Under the pieces are notes generated by a model. It worked only from the letters and a program-made list of their open reading frames with translations. It was not told where the DNA came from and made no database searches. Shown here one piece after another: positions 35,021 to 46,640 of a stretch of DNA of 64,000 bases. The DNA is from an uncultured Eubacterium sp. (lineage in GTDB: Bacteria; Bacillota; Clostridia; Oscillospirales; Acutalibacteraceae). The stretch spans positions 1,425-65,424 of the forward strand of contig CAJOEV010000005.1 in assembly GCA_905233545.1 (NCBI GenBank). The letters run 5' to 3'. A program made the translations under genes and the position numbers. How positions within the stretch are numbered: the stretch's first letter is position 1; each line of letters begins with the position of its first letter.

Positions 35021-35145
35021 AGTTGCGCGTTACGAGTTTCGCGTTGCGCGTTTTCGGTTTCTCGGCTTTGCCTCGTTCAATTATTATTGTCTGAGCGCAG
35101 CGAGTAACCAACAACTCGGAGCTCGGGGCTTGCAATTCGAAACTT
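35021..35145. repeat. heptamer-arm element, full copy A (GAGTTGC-type arms, palindromic double core)
   Basis: AGTTGCGCGTTACGAGTTTCGCGTTGCGCG, then TTTTCGGTTTCTCGGCTTTGCCTCGTTCAATTATTATTGTCTGAGCGCAGCGAGTAACC, then AACAACTCGGAGCTCGGGGCTTGCAATTCGAAACTT. Confidence 0.85.
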
Positions 35146-35147
35146 TT

Positions 35148-37564
<2,417 letters not shown>

Positions 37565-37565
<1 letters not shown>

Positions 37566-38653
37566 TAATCTATAAGATTTCCTTTTTGAATGTGGAAGGT
37601 CTTGCCTTCTTTAAGTCTTAGTATTGTTTCTTTATCGCAGCAGGTAATAAATACCTGGCGGTTTTTTATATGATTTAAAATATAGTCCTGACGCTTTTCA
37701 TCAAGTTCGCTCATAACATCATCAAGAAGTGCAATGGGCTCTTTTTTTGTTATCTGTTCAAGCAGATTTGCCTCTGCAAGCTTGAGTGCAAGAACACAGC
37801 TTCTTTGCTGACCCTGGGAACCGTAAACTCTTGCGCTGACTCCATTTATAAGGATTTCAACATCATCCCTGTGCGGTCCGACAGAGGTTGCTTTGTTCAT
37901 CATATCCTGATATTTATTGTTTTCAAGCGCTCTCAAAAGCTTTTTTTCAATGCTTTCAACATCATCCGAATATTCAACCGAACTGCTGTATACCAAATCT
38001 ATTTTTTCATTTCCGCTGCTTATTCCGCTGAAAATATCTTTTACAAACGGCGAAAGTGCTTCAATGTATTTAATTCTCTGATATATAATTTTTGCACCGC
38101 TTATCGCGCAGTTTTTATTCCAAATATATAAAAGTGAATCAAGCTCGGGATTGTTTTTCAAATCCTTTAAAAGAATATTTCTCTGATTCAAACAGCGATT
38201 GTATTCCTTCAGCAGATTTCTGTAGTTTGATTTGAGCTGACAGAGTGCCGAGTCGATAAATTTTCTTCTTTCGCTCGGTCCGTCCTTAATCATATTGAGA
38301 TGAACGGGGGAAAAAATAACCGCTTTTATTTCATCGGACAGCAGGGAGGTACTTTTTTTCTTAACACCGTTAAGAGAGGCAACTCTTTTGTTTTTTATAT
38401 TTATTTCGGCGAACTGTTCTCTGCCGCTGCCTTCAAAATTGATTTTAAGACGGCTTTGTTCCTCGCCCATCATAACGAGCTGATTATCTTTTGCTCCTCT
38501 GAAGCTTTTTCCGCCCGTAAACAAATATATTGCCTCAATTAAATTGGTTTTTCCCTGAGCATTTTCACCCCAGATAATATTAACATCCTCAAATTTAAGA
38601 TTAAGCTCTTTAATATTTCTGAAATTTTCAATACTTATGTTTTTAATTTTCAT
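37565..38653 (-). CDS. recF: DNA replication and repair protein RecF
   Basis: MKIKNISIENFRNIKELNLKFEDVNIIWGENAQGKTN. Start moved to ATG 38653. Confidence 0.9.
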
Positions 38654-38891
38654 TTTCAATATAATAATCTGTTCCAAAGGCTGAAACAACATCGCCGTTT
38701 CTCAGCTTTTTGCCCCTTGCGGTGCAGATTTCGCCGTTAACACGAATTATTCCGTCCTGAATAAATTCCTTTGCCTGACCGCCCGTTTCACAGATTCCTT
38801 TAAATTTTAAAAATGACTGAAGCTGAATAAAATCAGTATTAATTTTAACTGTTTCTTTATTATGCTGAGCTGTTTTAACCTTAATTTTCAT
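38643..38891 (-). CDS. yaaA: S4-domain RNA-binding protein YaaA
   Basis: 82 aa. Conserved dnaN-yaaA-recF position. Contains ...GGQAKEFIQDGIIRVNGE.... Confidence 0.8.
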   Translation of the reverse strand: MKIKVKTAQHNKETVKINTDFIQLQSFLKFKGICETGGQAKEFIQDGIIRVNGEICTARGKKLRNGDVVSAFGTDYYIENEN

Positions 38892-39993
38892 TTTTAAGCC
38901 TCATCGGAAGAACAAGGAATAAGAAACTGTCGGAATTAACGGACATAATCTTAACGGGACTTACAGGTCCGCAAAGCTCAATCTTAACTTCATCGGCATC
39001 GGCTGCATTAAGCGCATCCAAAACAAATTTTGAATTGAAACCGATTTCAACTCTGTCTCCGCTTGTGTTTGCATGAGTTCTGTCAACAACTCTTCCGAGA
39101 CTTGAAACAGTTGAAACTCTCATTTCGTCGTTATCAAATAAACATCTAATCGGGTTTTTCTGATTGTTTTCAATAACGGGAAGTGTTCTTTCAATGCAGT
39201 CAATTGCATCATTTGTATTGATAAGCACAGTTGTTGAAATAGTTTTTGGAACTGCACTTGTGTAATCTAAAAATTCACCGTCAAGAAGTCGACTGATAAT
39301 TGAATAGTTTTCAACTTCAAAAACAATATGTCTTTTGCCTATGCTGATTGAAATAGGTTTATCGCTTTCAACATCAAGAAGCTTAATAATTTCTCTGATA
39401 GTTTTTTTAGGTACAATGAAGGTTAAATCCTGTTCATTATATTCAATTTTTTCTTTTCTTATTGCAAGTCTGTATCCGTCAACACCGATAAGAGTTATTT
39501 CACCATTTGAAATTTCAAATTTAAGTCCTGTATAAACGGGCTTTGAATTCTCTGTTTCAGCAACGGCAAAAACAGTCTGAATAATCATTGAATATAAAAG
39601 CTTCTGATTGAAATCAAGCGGAATGCCTCCATTAACAGAAGGAAGTTCGGGATAATCATCAGCATCAATACCCGTTATATTATACTGAGCAGCTCCGCTG
39701 ATAATTGAAACAGAAACGCCGTTTGTTTCAATAGTAACCTCTTCATCCGAAAGCTTTCTTATAATTTCACAGAGAATTTTTGCATTAATAACTATTGCAC
39801 CGGGTTCAATAACTTCGGCATCCATAATAGTATTAATTCCAAATTCAAAGTCATATCCTGTTAAGCTCAAAGTATCTGAACCGCATTCAATAAGTATTCC
39901 TTCAATGGTCGGAATTGTAACCTTTGTTCCGACTGCTCTTATAACAGTATTACAAGCGCTGCTCAATTCTTTGGTGTTGCATACAAATTTCAT
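38881..39993 (-). CDS. dnaN: DNA polymerase III beta sliding clamp
   Basis: MKFVCNTKELSSACNTVIRAV.... Start at ATG 39993. Confidence 0.95.
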   Translation of the reverse strand: MKFVCNTKELSSACNTVIRAVGTKVTIPTIEGILIECGSDTLSLTGYDFEFGINTIMDAEVIEPGAIVINAKILCEIIRKLSDEEVTIETNGVSVSIISGAAQYNITGIDADDYPELPSVNGGIPLDFNQKLLYSMIIQTVFAVAETENSKPVYTGLKFEISNGEITLIGVDGYRLAIRKEKIEYNEQDLTFIVPKKTIREIIKLLDVESDKPISISIGKRHIVFEVENYSIISRLLDGEFLDYTSAVPKTISTTVLINTNDAIDCIERTLPVIENNQKNPIRCLFDNDEMRVSTVSSLGRVVDRTHANTSGDRVEIGFNSKFVLDALNAADADEVKIELCGPVSPVKIMSVNSDSFLFLVLPMRLKNEN

Positions 39994-40049
39994 AATTTTG
40001 CCTTTCTCTTTTATCAAATAAATTAACTTTTAATAATAGTAATAGGAGA

Positions 40050-40213
40050 TGTGGAAAATGTTAAAAAATATGATTTTTATTTTTATTACTTGTTTTTTTG
40101 TCAACAATACGATATTTAAAATTTTTGAAAAATTGTTGAGACTGTTGAAAATTATTTTTTTCAACATAGGGTGTTAAAAAATAATTGTTGAAAAATGAAA
40201 AAACTGTTGAAAA
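40050..40213. promoter_or_regulatory. dnaA-dnaN spacer with DnaA-box-like 9-mers (probable oriC half)
   Basis: TGTGGAAAA at 40050..40058. TGTTGAAAA at 40143, 40186 and 40205. TTTTCAACA at 40158. Weaker variants at 40098, 40133 and 40171. Confidence 0.6.
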
Positions 40214-41557
40214 CTAATTAACATCCTTTATGTTATTTATGATATCCAGAACATGTGAATTAAGATTTGAATCGGTCTTTAAAAGCTTCTCCATTTTCTG
40301 AATATTGTATAAAACAGAGGAATGGTCCATATCATTGAATTCTTTTCCTATTGCTTCATAGCTCATTCCCGTTATTTCTCTGATAATATAAATACACATT
40401 TTTCTTGAATTTGAGATATTTGCAGTTCTTTTTTTGCTGTAAATATCTTCAACGGATATACCGGTTGTTCGGCTTACCTCTTCAACAATTCTGTTAATTG
40501 TTATCGGAATTGGCTGAACATCCTGAATAATATCCTTTATTGCAGTTTGAGCAAGCGATATTGTCGGAACCTGATTTGAAAAAACGCACATTGCCTGAAG
40601 TCTTTTTGTTGTTCCCTCAAGCTGACGGATATTTGATTTGATTCTTTCAGCAATGTAATTTACAACATTGTCGGGAATTTCAAAATTAAGAAGTTCGGCT
40701 TTTCTTTTGATAATTGCACATCTTGTTTCATATTCGGGAGTCTGAATATCGGCAAGAAGTCCGCTTACAAATCTTGAACGGAGTCTGTCTGCAAGGGTGT
40801 GAATTTCCTTCGGAGGTCTGTCGGAGGTTAAAACAACCTGCTTTCCGTTATCAACAAGTGAATTGAAGGTGTGGAAAAATTCCTCCTCGGTTGAAATCTT
40901 ACCTGCAATAAACTGGATATCGTCAACAAGAAAAACATCAATATTATTTCTGTATTTATTATGAAATTCATCAATGGTATGTTTTCCGAGGCAGGATATG
41001 AATTCATTTGCAAATTCTTCAGCCTTAACATAAACAACTTTCATTTCGGGAAAGTTTTTCTTGATTTCATAGCTGATTGCATTAAGAATATGGGTTTTTC
41101 CAAGACCTGAATTACCGTAGATGAAAAGGGGATTGTAGTTTGTTAAATTATTGCCCCTGCTTATCTGTCCGCCCGGGTCTGCAGCGATTGCTTTTGCAGC
41201 GGTATATGCAAATTTATTTGACGGACCGACGATAAAATTATCAAATGTTAAAATATCATTTTTTAAATCTTCAAGTCCCTGGTCGGTTTTTGATTCTTCC
41301 GAAGCAATATCCTCGGGTGAAGAATAAATGATTTCAACAGGAAAACCGCAGATTTTTTCAAATGCTTCGCTGATAAGGTCACCGTATTGGGTTACAACGG
41401 TACTCTTTTTGAATTCATTTGAAAATAAAAGAGTTGCGCTTCCGTTTTCAAAGCTTTCTATTTCAATTTTTGAAAGCCACAAATCATATGCGGTTTTTGT
41501 TATCCTCTCTTTGCAGTATGCCAAAACGCTCTGCCATAATTCATTTAAATTATCCAT
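40214..41557 (-). CDS. dnaA: chromosomal replication initiator protein DnaA
   Basis: 447 aa with Walker A GNSGLGKTH and C-terminal HTH ...RKMCIYIIREITGMSYEAIGKEFNDMDHSSVLYNIQKM. Confidence 0.97.
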   Translation of the reverse strand: MDNLNELWQSVLAYCKERITKTAYDLWLSKIEIESFENGSATLLFSNEFKKSTVVTQYGDLISEAFEKICGFPVEIIYSSPEDIASEESKTDQGLEDLKNDILTFDNFIVGPSNKFAYTAAKAIAADPGGQISRGNNLTNYNPLFIYGNSGLGKTHILNAISYEIKKNFPEMKVVYVKAEEFANEFISCLGKHTIDEFHNKYRNNIDVFLVDDIQFIAGKISTEEEFFHTFNSLVDNGKQVVLTSDRPPKEIHTLADRLRSRFVSGLLADIQTPEYETRCAIIKRKAELLNFEIPDNVVNYIAERIKSNIRQLEGTTKRLQAMCVFSNQVPTISLAQTAIKDIIQDVQPIPITINRIVEEVSRTTGISVEDIYSKKRTANISNSRKMCIYIIREITGMSYEAIGKEFNDMDHSSVLYNIQKMEKLLKTDSNLNSHVLDIINNIKDVN

Positions 41558-41767
41558 TTATATTCAAGTCCTTATATAATTATAAAATAACATTATAATT
41601 ATATAATAATATATATATTAAGTCAATATTATATTTTAAATATTTTAATAATTATAAACATTATAATAACACTTTTGTGGAAAACTTGTGCTTGTGCAAA
41701 CAGTGCTATTGCATTTTGAATATTTATAAGATATAATTAACTAAAATAATGAAAAAGGAGGGCAAAA
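41558..41767. promoter_or_regulatory. dnaA upstream region: extremely AT-rich tract + one DnaA box (probable oriC half / dnaA promoter)
   Basis: About 100 nt (41575..41670) is almost pure A/T. TGTGGAAAA lies at 41676..41684. Gene orientation switches here. Confidence 0.6.
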
Positions 41768-42691
41768 ATGAAGCTTTTTAAAAATCGCGGAGACATCTAT
41801 ATTCCAAAGAGTGAATACAAGAAAAGCAAAGAAGAAATGATACTGAAAATTCTTCTTATTTTCATAATAATTTTCACTGTTATTTTCATTGTCCTTCTCA
41901 ATCATAAATATAAAAATATAGCGCAGTTTTTCGGTGAAGGCGAAGTAACAACCACTCAGATTGCAATGGAAGAGGAAGAATTGCCTAATATTTCGGGAAA
42001 AACAAATTTTCTGTTTTTTGAAACGGATGACAGAAAGGAAACCATTCATTATATCATTCTTCTTCAGGCGGATAAGGATACTATGGCATATAAGGTTTGT
42101 TCTCTTTCTCCTGATATGAAAATTGACAAACAAAGTCTTTTTGATATCTATAAAATCGGCGGCGGAGCTTCGCTTCAGACAAAACTGACTGAATATTTCG
42201 GATTTGAAATTGATAATTGGGCTGAATTTGATAATTCTTCATTTGTTGATTTTATTTCAAAATTCGGAAGTATGGTTTATTATTCGGATGAAGATATCAG
42301 TTTTTCGGGCGGAGGAGAAAACGATAAATATACAATTCATGTAAGTGACGGCGAGCAGAATATCAACGGCAAGGAGCTTTCAAATCTTTTAAGATATTAT
42401 TCCGTTGAGAAAAAGCAGTACGGATTGGAAAATGAGCTTGTTTTGTCCGCATTAACCCAGTTATTAAATGAAGAAAACTATGAAAACTGCGATTCGCTTT
42501 TCAGATTATTTATCAAATCATCATCAAGCAATATAACCGTCCGTGATTTTGAAAATTCAAAAAATGCAATTATGATTTTCTGTTTGAAAAATGAAGATAT
42601 AACGGTTTACAGCACGGTTAGTGAGTATAACAAGAAAAATATTTTAACTCAGCAGTCGGTTAAGCAGATAAAAGGCTATTTCAGTAAATAA
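41768..42691 (+). CDS. membrane-anchored protein with degenerate LCP-like domain
   Basis: One N-terminal TM segment. TNFLFFETDDRKETIHYIILLQADKD...IGGGASLQTKLTEYFGFEIDNWAEFDNSSFVDFISKFG follows the LCP pattern loosely. Confidence 0.45.
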   Translation: MKLFKNRGDIYIPKSEYKKSKEEMILKILLIFIIIFTVIFIVLLNHKYKNIAQFFGEGEVTTTQIAMEEEELPNISGKTNFLFFETDDRKETIHYIILLQADKDTMAYKVCSLSPDMKIDKQSLFDIYKIGGGASLQTKLTEYFGFEIDNWAEFDNSSFVDFISKFGSMVYYSDEDISFSGGGENDKYTIHVSDGEQNINGKELSNLLRYYSVEKKQYGLENELVLSALTQLLNEENYENCDSLFRLFIKSSSSNITVRDFENSKNAIMIFCLKNEDITVYSTVSEYNKKNILTQQSVKQIKGYFSK

Positions 42692-42728
42692 TTATTGATT
42701 TCTGACTTGTGATTAATGGAGAAAACTT

Positions 42729-43298
42729 ATGATTAGTGATGAAAATAAAAAGATTATAATGAAGGCTGTTGAGGATATTCTTGTTGCTGTCGGCGAGAAT
42801 CCTAACAGAGAAGGTCTTAAAGAAACTCCCAAAAGAGTTGCAAATATGTATGAAGAAATGTTCCGCGGACTTGATGAGGACCCGAAACAGCATCTTAAAT
42901 TATTTAATGAAAAATCAAACGACGAAATGGTTATTGTTCGCGATATCCCGTTTTCATCAATGTGTGAGCACCATCTTCTTCCCTTTGTCGGAAAAGCGCA
43001 TATTGCATATATTCCGAGCGACAATAAGATAATCGGGCTTTCAAAGCTTGCAAGAATTGTTGATAATTTTGCAAAAAAGCCACAGGTTCAGGAGCGTTTA
43101 ACTCACGATATTGCGGATTTTCTGAATGATAATTTATCTCCCCGCGGAGTTGCGGTTATTATCGAAGCCGAGCATATGTGTATGAGCATAAGGGGAGCAA
43201 AAGCTTCGGGCTCAATCACCCAGACCTCCGCTTTAAGAGGAATTATGAGAAACGACGCAAGGTCAAGGGCAGAGGTTTTGGCTCTGCTGAATAAATAG
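42729..43298 (+). CDS. folE: GTP cyclohydrolase I
   Basis: 189 aa containing ...[22 protein letters not shown].... Confidence 0.95.
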   Translation: MISDENKKIIMKAVEDILVAVGENPNREGLKETPKRVANMYEEMFRGLDEDPKQHLKLFNEKSNDEMVIVRDIPFSSMCEHHLLPFVGKAHIAYIPSDNKIIGLSKLARIVDNFAKKPQVQERLTHDIADFLNDNLSPRGVAVIIEAEHMCMSIRGAKASGSITQTSALRGIMRNDARSRAEVLALLNK

Positions 43299-43302
43299 TA
43301 AA

Positions 43303-44106
43303 ATGATTTGGAATTGCAGAGATAAAAAAATTGAATACGGAGAAAAAACCGTTTTAATGGGAATAGTCAATGTGACTCCCGATTCATTTTCGGACGGCGG
43401 AAAGTTTTTTGATGAAGAAAATGCCGTTTCACACTCGCTGAAACTGATTGAGGAGGGTGCAGATATAATTGATATCGGCGCTCAGTCAACAAGACCCGGA
43501 TATAATGAAATATCCGATAAAGAAGAGTGGGAAAGATTGGCGGGCGTTTTAACAAAACTCAGGGAAAAAACTGAAATTCCGATATCCGTTGACACATATT
43601 TTCCCTATGTTGCCGAAAAAGCGCTTGAAAACGGTGCAGATATTATTAATGATGTATCGGGAATAGTAAATCCCGAAATGGCGCGTATAATCAAAAATAC
43701 GGGCGCAGGCTGGGTTATAATGCACAGCGGAGCGGGCTCGGTAACCGAGGTTAACGCGTTTTTCAAAGAAGCCGAAAAGAAAATAAGCGATTATAATATC
43801 AATAAAAATCAGATTTGTTTTGATATGGGAATCGGATTCGGCAAAAGCTATGAGCAAAATCTGGAATTAATTGCAAACATAGGTGAATATAAATTAAAAG
43901 GATATCCGCTTCTTCTCGGAACAAGCAGAAAGCGAGTTATCGGAAAATCAAGCAATCAGGAAAATCCCACCCAGAGAATATACGGAAATATTGCAGCCGA
44001 CACAGTTGCAATACTCGGCGGTGCCGATATAATCCGTCTTCATGATATCAAAAATGAAAAGCAGGGAATTAATACAGCCGGGGAGATAAGAAAATGGATA
44101 AAATAA
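43303..44106 (+). CDS. folP: dihydropteroate synthase
   Basis: MGIVNVTPDSFSDGG and DIGAQSTRPG. Confidence 0.95.
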   Translation: MIWNCRDKKIEYGEKTVLMGIVNVTPDSFSDGGKFFDEENAVSHSLKLIEEGADIIDIGAQSTRPGYNEISDKEEWERLAGVLTKLREKTEIPISVDTYFPYVAEKALENGADIINDVSGIVNPEMARIIKNTGAGWVIMHSGAGSVTEVNAFFKEAEKKISDYNINKNQICFDMGIGFGKSYEQNLELIANIGEYKLKGYPLLLGTSRKRVIGKSSNQENPTQRIYGNIAADTVAILGGADIIRLHDIKNEKQGINTAGEIRKWIK

Positions 44107-44456
44107 CAATAAAAAATCTTAAAATCTTTGCTTATCACGGCGTAAATCCCGAGGAAAAAGAAAACGGACAGAATTTTTTTATTGATGTTGATTACTATGT
44201 CAACATTGTTAAAGCCTGCAAAAGCGATAATATTGATGACACTGTGAGCTATGCAAAGGTCGTTAAGGTTATAAGAAAGGCGTTCACCGAAGAGAAGTAT
44301 AATCTCATCGAAAAAGCCGCTCAGAAGGTTGCAGACGCAATTTTTGAAAGCTTTGAGAGCATATACAGGGTTGAAATAACCCTGAAAAAGCCTGAAGCGC
44401 CCGTTAAAGCCGATTTTGATTACATGGCAGTAACTATTACAAGAGAAAGAGAATGA
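44094..44456 (+). CDS. folB: dihydroneopterin aldolase
   Basis: 120 aa starting MDKITIKNLKIFAYHGVNPEEKENGQNF. Ends with TGA. Confidence 0.9.
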   Translation: MDKITIKNLKIFAYHGVNPEEKENGQNFFIDVDYYVNIVKACKSDNIDDTVSYAKVVKVIRKAFTEEKYNLIEKAAQKVADAIFESFESIYRVEITLKKPEAPVKADFDYMAVTITRERE

Positions 44457-44463
44457 TTAAGAA

Positions 44464-44949
44464 ATGCACTATATATTATCTATTGGCACTAATATAGGAG
44501 ACAGAAAGAAAAATCTTGAAAAAGCGATTGATTCTTTAAACAACATTCCCTATACGGATGTTCTTAAAGCCTCGTCAGTTTATGAAACGGCTCCCGTTGA
44601 TTATTTAAGACAGGATAATTTCTATAATATTGTTATTGAAGTAAGAAGCCAGTTTGAACCGAATGAAATGCTCGGAATATGCATGGGCGTTGAAGCGGGA
44701 CTCGGAAGAATTCGGGGAATAAAAAACGGACCGAGAATAATCGACCTCGACATTGTTTTTGCAGAAGAAAAGAAAATAAAAACAAAAAATCTCATTATTC
44801 CTCATCTTAGATATAATGAAAGAAATTTTGTTCTTACTCCGCTGCTTGAAATATATCCCGAGGGTGAATACTGCGGAAGGAATTTTAAAAAGTACATAGA
44901 CGGCGTTAAGGACCAGAAAATCAAAATCATTGATAAAATTTTGGTATAA
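44464..44949 (+). CDS. folK: 2-amino-4-hydroxy-6-hydroxymethyldihydropteridine diphosphokinase
   Basis: 161 aa containing ...GPRIIDLDIVF...IIPHLRYNERNFVLTPL. Confidence 0.9.
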   Translation: MHYILSIGTNIGDRKKNLEKAIDSLNNIPYTDVLKASSVYETAPVDYLRQDNFYNIVIEVRSQFEPNEMLGICMGVEAGLGRIRGIKNGPRIIDLDIVFAEEKKIKTKNLIIPHLRYNERNFVLTPLLEIYPEGEYCGRNFKKYIDGVKDQKIKIIDKILV

Positions 44950-45037
44950 ATTGAATTAATTTTCAAAACTAATTAAACTCCCCGTGCAAATAATATAATT
45001 ACCGAAAGGTAATTTGTTTGCAAAGGGAGTTTTCTTT

Positions 45038-45214
45038 ATGAAAATGAACACAACAAAAAACATAATGAAGGGAATAGGGGCAACTCTTGCAGTTTGTTCT
45101 GCGGTAACGATGATGGCAAGTGCAAAATCATCGGGCGCAACAACCAAAAAAGCGATTAAGAAAACAGCGGACAAGGTTGCCGATATTGTTGATTCAATTT
45201 CTTCATTTATGTAA
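45038..45214 (+). CDS. small secreted hypothetical protein
   Basis: MKMNTTKNIMKGIGATLAVCSAVTMMASA signal peptide. ATG 45038 follows AAGGGAG. Confidence 0.5.
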   Translation: MKMNTTKNIMKGIGATLAVCSAVTMMASAKSSGATTKKAIKKTADKVADIVDSISSFM

Positions 45215-45250
45215 AAAAATAAACCCGTGAATTTTTCACGGGTTTATTCT
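45214..45250. terminator. bidirectional intrinsic terminator
   Basis: AAAAAAATAAACCCGTGAATTTTTCACGGGTTTATT. Confidence 0.8.
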
Positions 45251-45992
45251 ATTGAATGTATTCGTCGTTTTTTGAGGTTTTGTTTACAAGAATGTATGAA
45301 ACAATAAACAGTACGGCAACAAATCCGAGGAAATATAATCCGCTGACCTCGTTGCCCATCGAAGCAATAAAGTCGTATGTTCCGTGGAGAAGCGCAGGGA
45401 AGATTATTGAAAACCACCTGAACAATCCCGACATGGATTTATTGCCCTTGATATCGTATCTTTTAGCAATGCCATAGAAAATTCCCATAAACACGCCGAA
45501 GCATGCGTGACCCGGAACAGCAGTTAACGCTCTGACAATGGCGGTTGCAAAGCCGTAGCTCAGTACATAGCTTATGTTTTCCCAAAGCGCAAAGCCAAGC
45601 GAAACGAAAGTTGCGTAAACCACGGCGTCGAACTTGCTGTCAAACTCAAAGCTTCTCCAGGTTTTTCTTTTCATAAAGATGTATTTCGAGCTCTCTTCCG
45701 CGCCTGCAACAATAATAAAATTAAGAATAATGTTATATGCAAGGGATTTTGAATCCAGTGCAGAATCAAGAAAATAGATTAAAATCCTCTCCTCAACAAG
45801 TGCAAGAAGCGATGAAAGAATACCTGCTTTAACAAGCGACCACAGCAAACGGGAGCTTTCTTTTTCCAGACGGTCGGATTTATAGACCTTAATCATCAAA
45901 AGCACCGCAGGAATAATTGCCGCTATTATAAGAATAAAATTTGATGTGACTTCAGGTTTGATAAAATATGATGTCATTTCTGTTATCTCCAA
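45249..45992 (-). CDS. prsW: PrsW-family intramembrane metalloprotease
   Basis: 247 aa containing AGAEESSKY and ...PGHACFGVFMG...LLHGTYDF. Confidence 0.8.
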   Translation of the reverse strand: MEITEMTSYFIKPEVTSNFILIIAAIIPAVLLMIKVYKSDRLEKESSRLLWSLVKAGILSSLLALVEERILIYFLDSALDSKSLAYNIILNFIIVAGAEESSKYIFMKRKTWRSFEFDSKFDAVVYATFVSLGFALWENISYVLSYGFATAIVRALTAVPGHACFGVFMGIFYGIAKRYDIKGNKSMSGLFRWFSIIFPALLHGTYDFIASMGNEVSGLYFLGFVAVLFIVSYILVNKTSKNDEYIQ

Positions 45993-46049
45993 TTAATGAA
46001 AAAAGCCTCGGATAGAGTATGAGACTAAAATAAGTTTACTATCAAAATG

Positions 46050-46394
46050 TTAATTATTATTCTTTGCGGTATTAACAGACGCAATCAATAATCTGCGAAT
46101 GGTTCCGCATTGATTTAATAACACCTTTGCTGTCTCATCATTAAGAAGAGCAGTTTTTTGGAAAAGCTTTAACCAATATTCGGTTTCATATGTTTCTTTC
46201 AGAGCTATTTGTAATTTTGATATAAAGTCCGCTTTGCTTTGAGCGTAGTTGGCTTCATGAATATTTGCACCGATACTTGTAGCAGAGCGCTCAATTTGAT
46301 TAACGAGCGCATAATGCCCTTTTATTGATTCAACTGCATTTAATATAGAAACAGAAAAATCCATTGATAAATCAATAAGCTTGTTTTCTTTCAC
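46050..46394 (-). CDS. four-helix-bundle protein (23S rRNA intervening-sequence protein family)
   Basis: SIGANIHEANYAQSKADFISKLQIALKETYETEYWLKL. GTG start after GAGGTGG. Confidence 0.8.
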   Translation of the reverse strand: MKENKLIDLSMDFSVSILNAVESIKGHYALVNQIERSATSIGANIHEANYAQSKADFISKLQIALKETYETEYWLKLFQKTALLNDETAKVLLNQCGTIRRLLIASVNTAKNNN

Positions 46395-46424
46395 AATACC
46401 ACCTCATAAGTATTTTATCATATT

Positions 46425-46600
46425 AAATGAAATATTGATATACAATATGAAATAATTTGCTAAAGAAAATTGTGAAATATCTCGTTTTGCTCGATATGAA
46501 ATAAAATTAATCCATTATACGCCGCAGGCGTATTTCATTGCAAAGCAATTTCATATTCTGAAAGAATATTTCATTAATCCGCAAGGATTAATTTAATTGG
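46425..46600. repeat. probable heptamer-arm element (ATGAAAT-type arms, TCGTTTTGCTCGAT core, small palindromes)
   Basis: TGAAAT/ATTTCA units occur on both sides. The centre carries TACGCC-GCA-GGCGTA and ATTAATCC-GCAA-GGATTAAT. Confidence 0.5.
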
Positions 46601-46640
46601 GAGACCTTCCGTAAAGAAGGTCTCCCAAGAGGCTTTTTTA

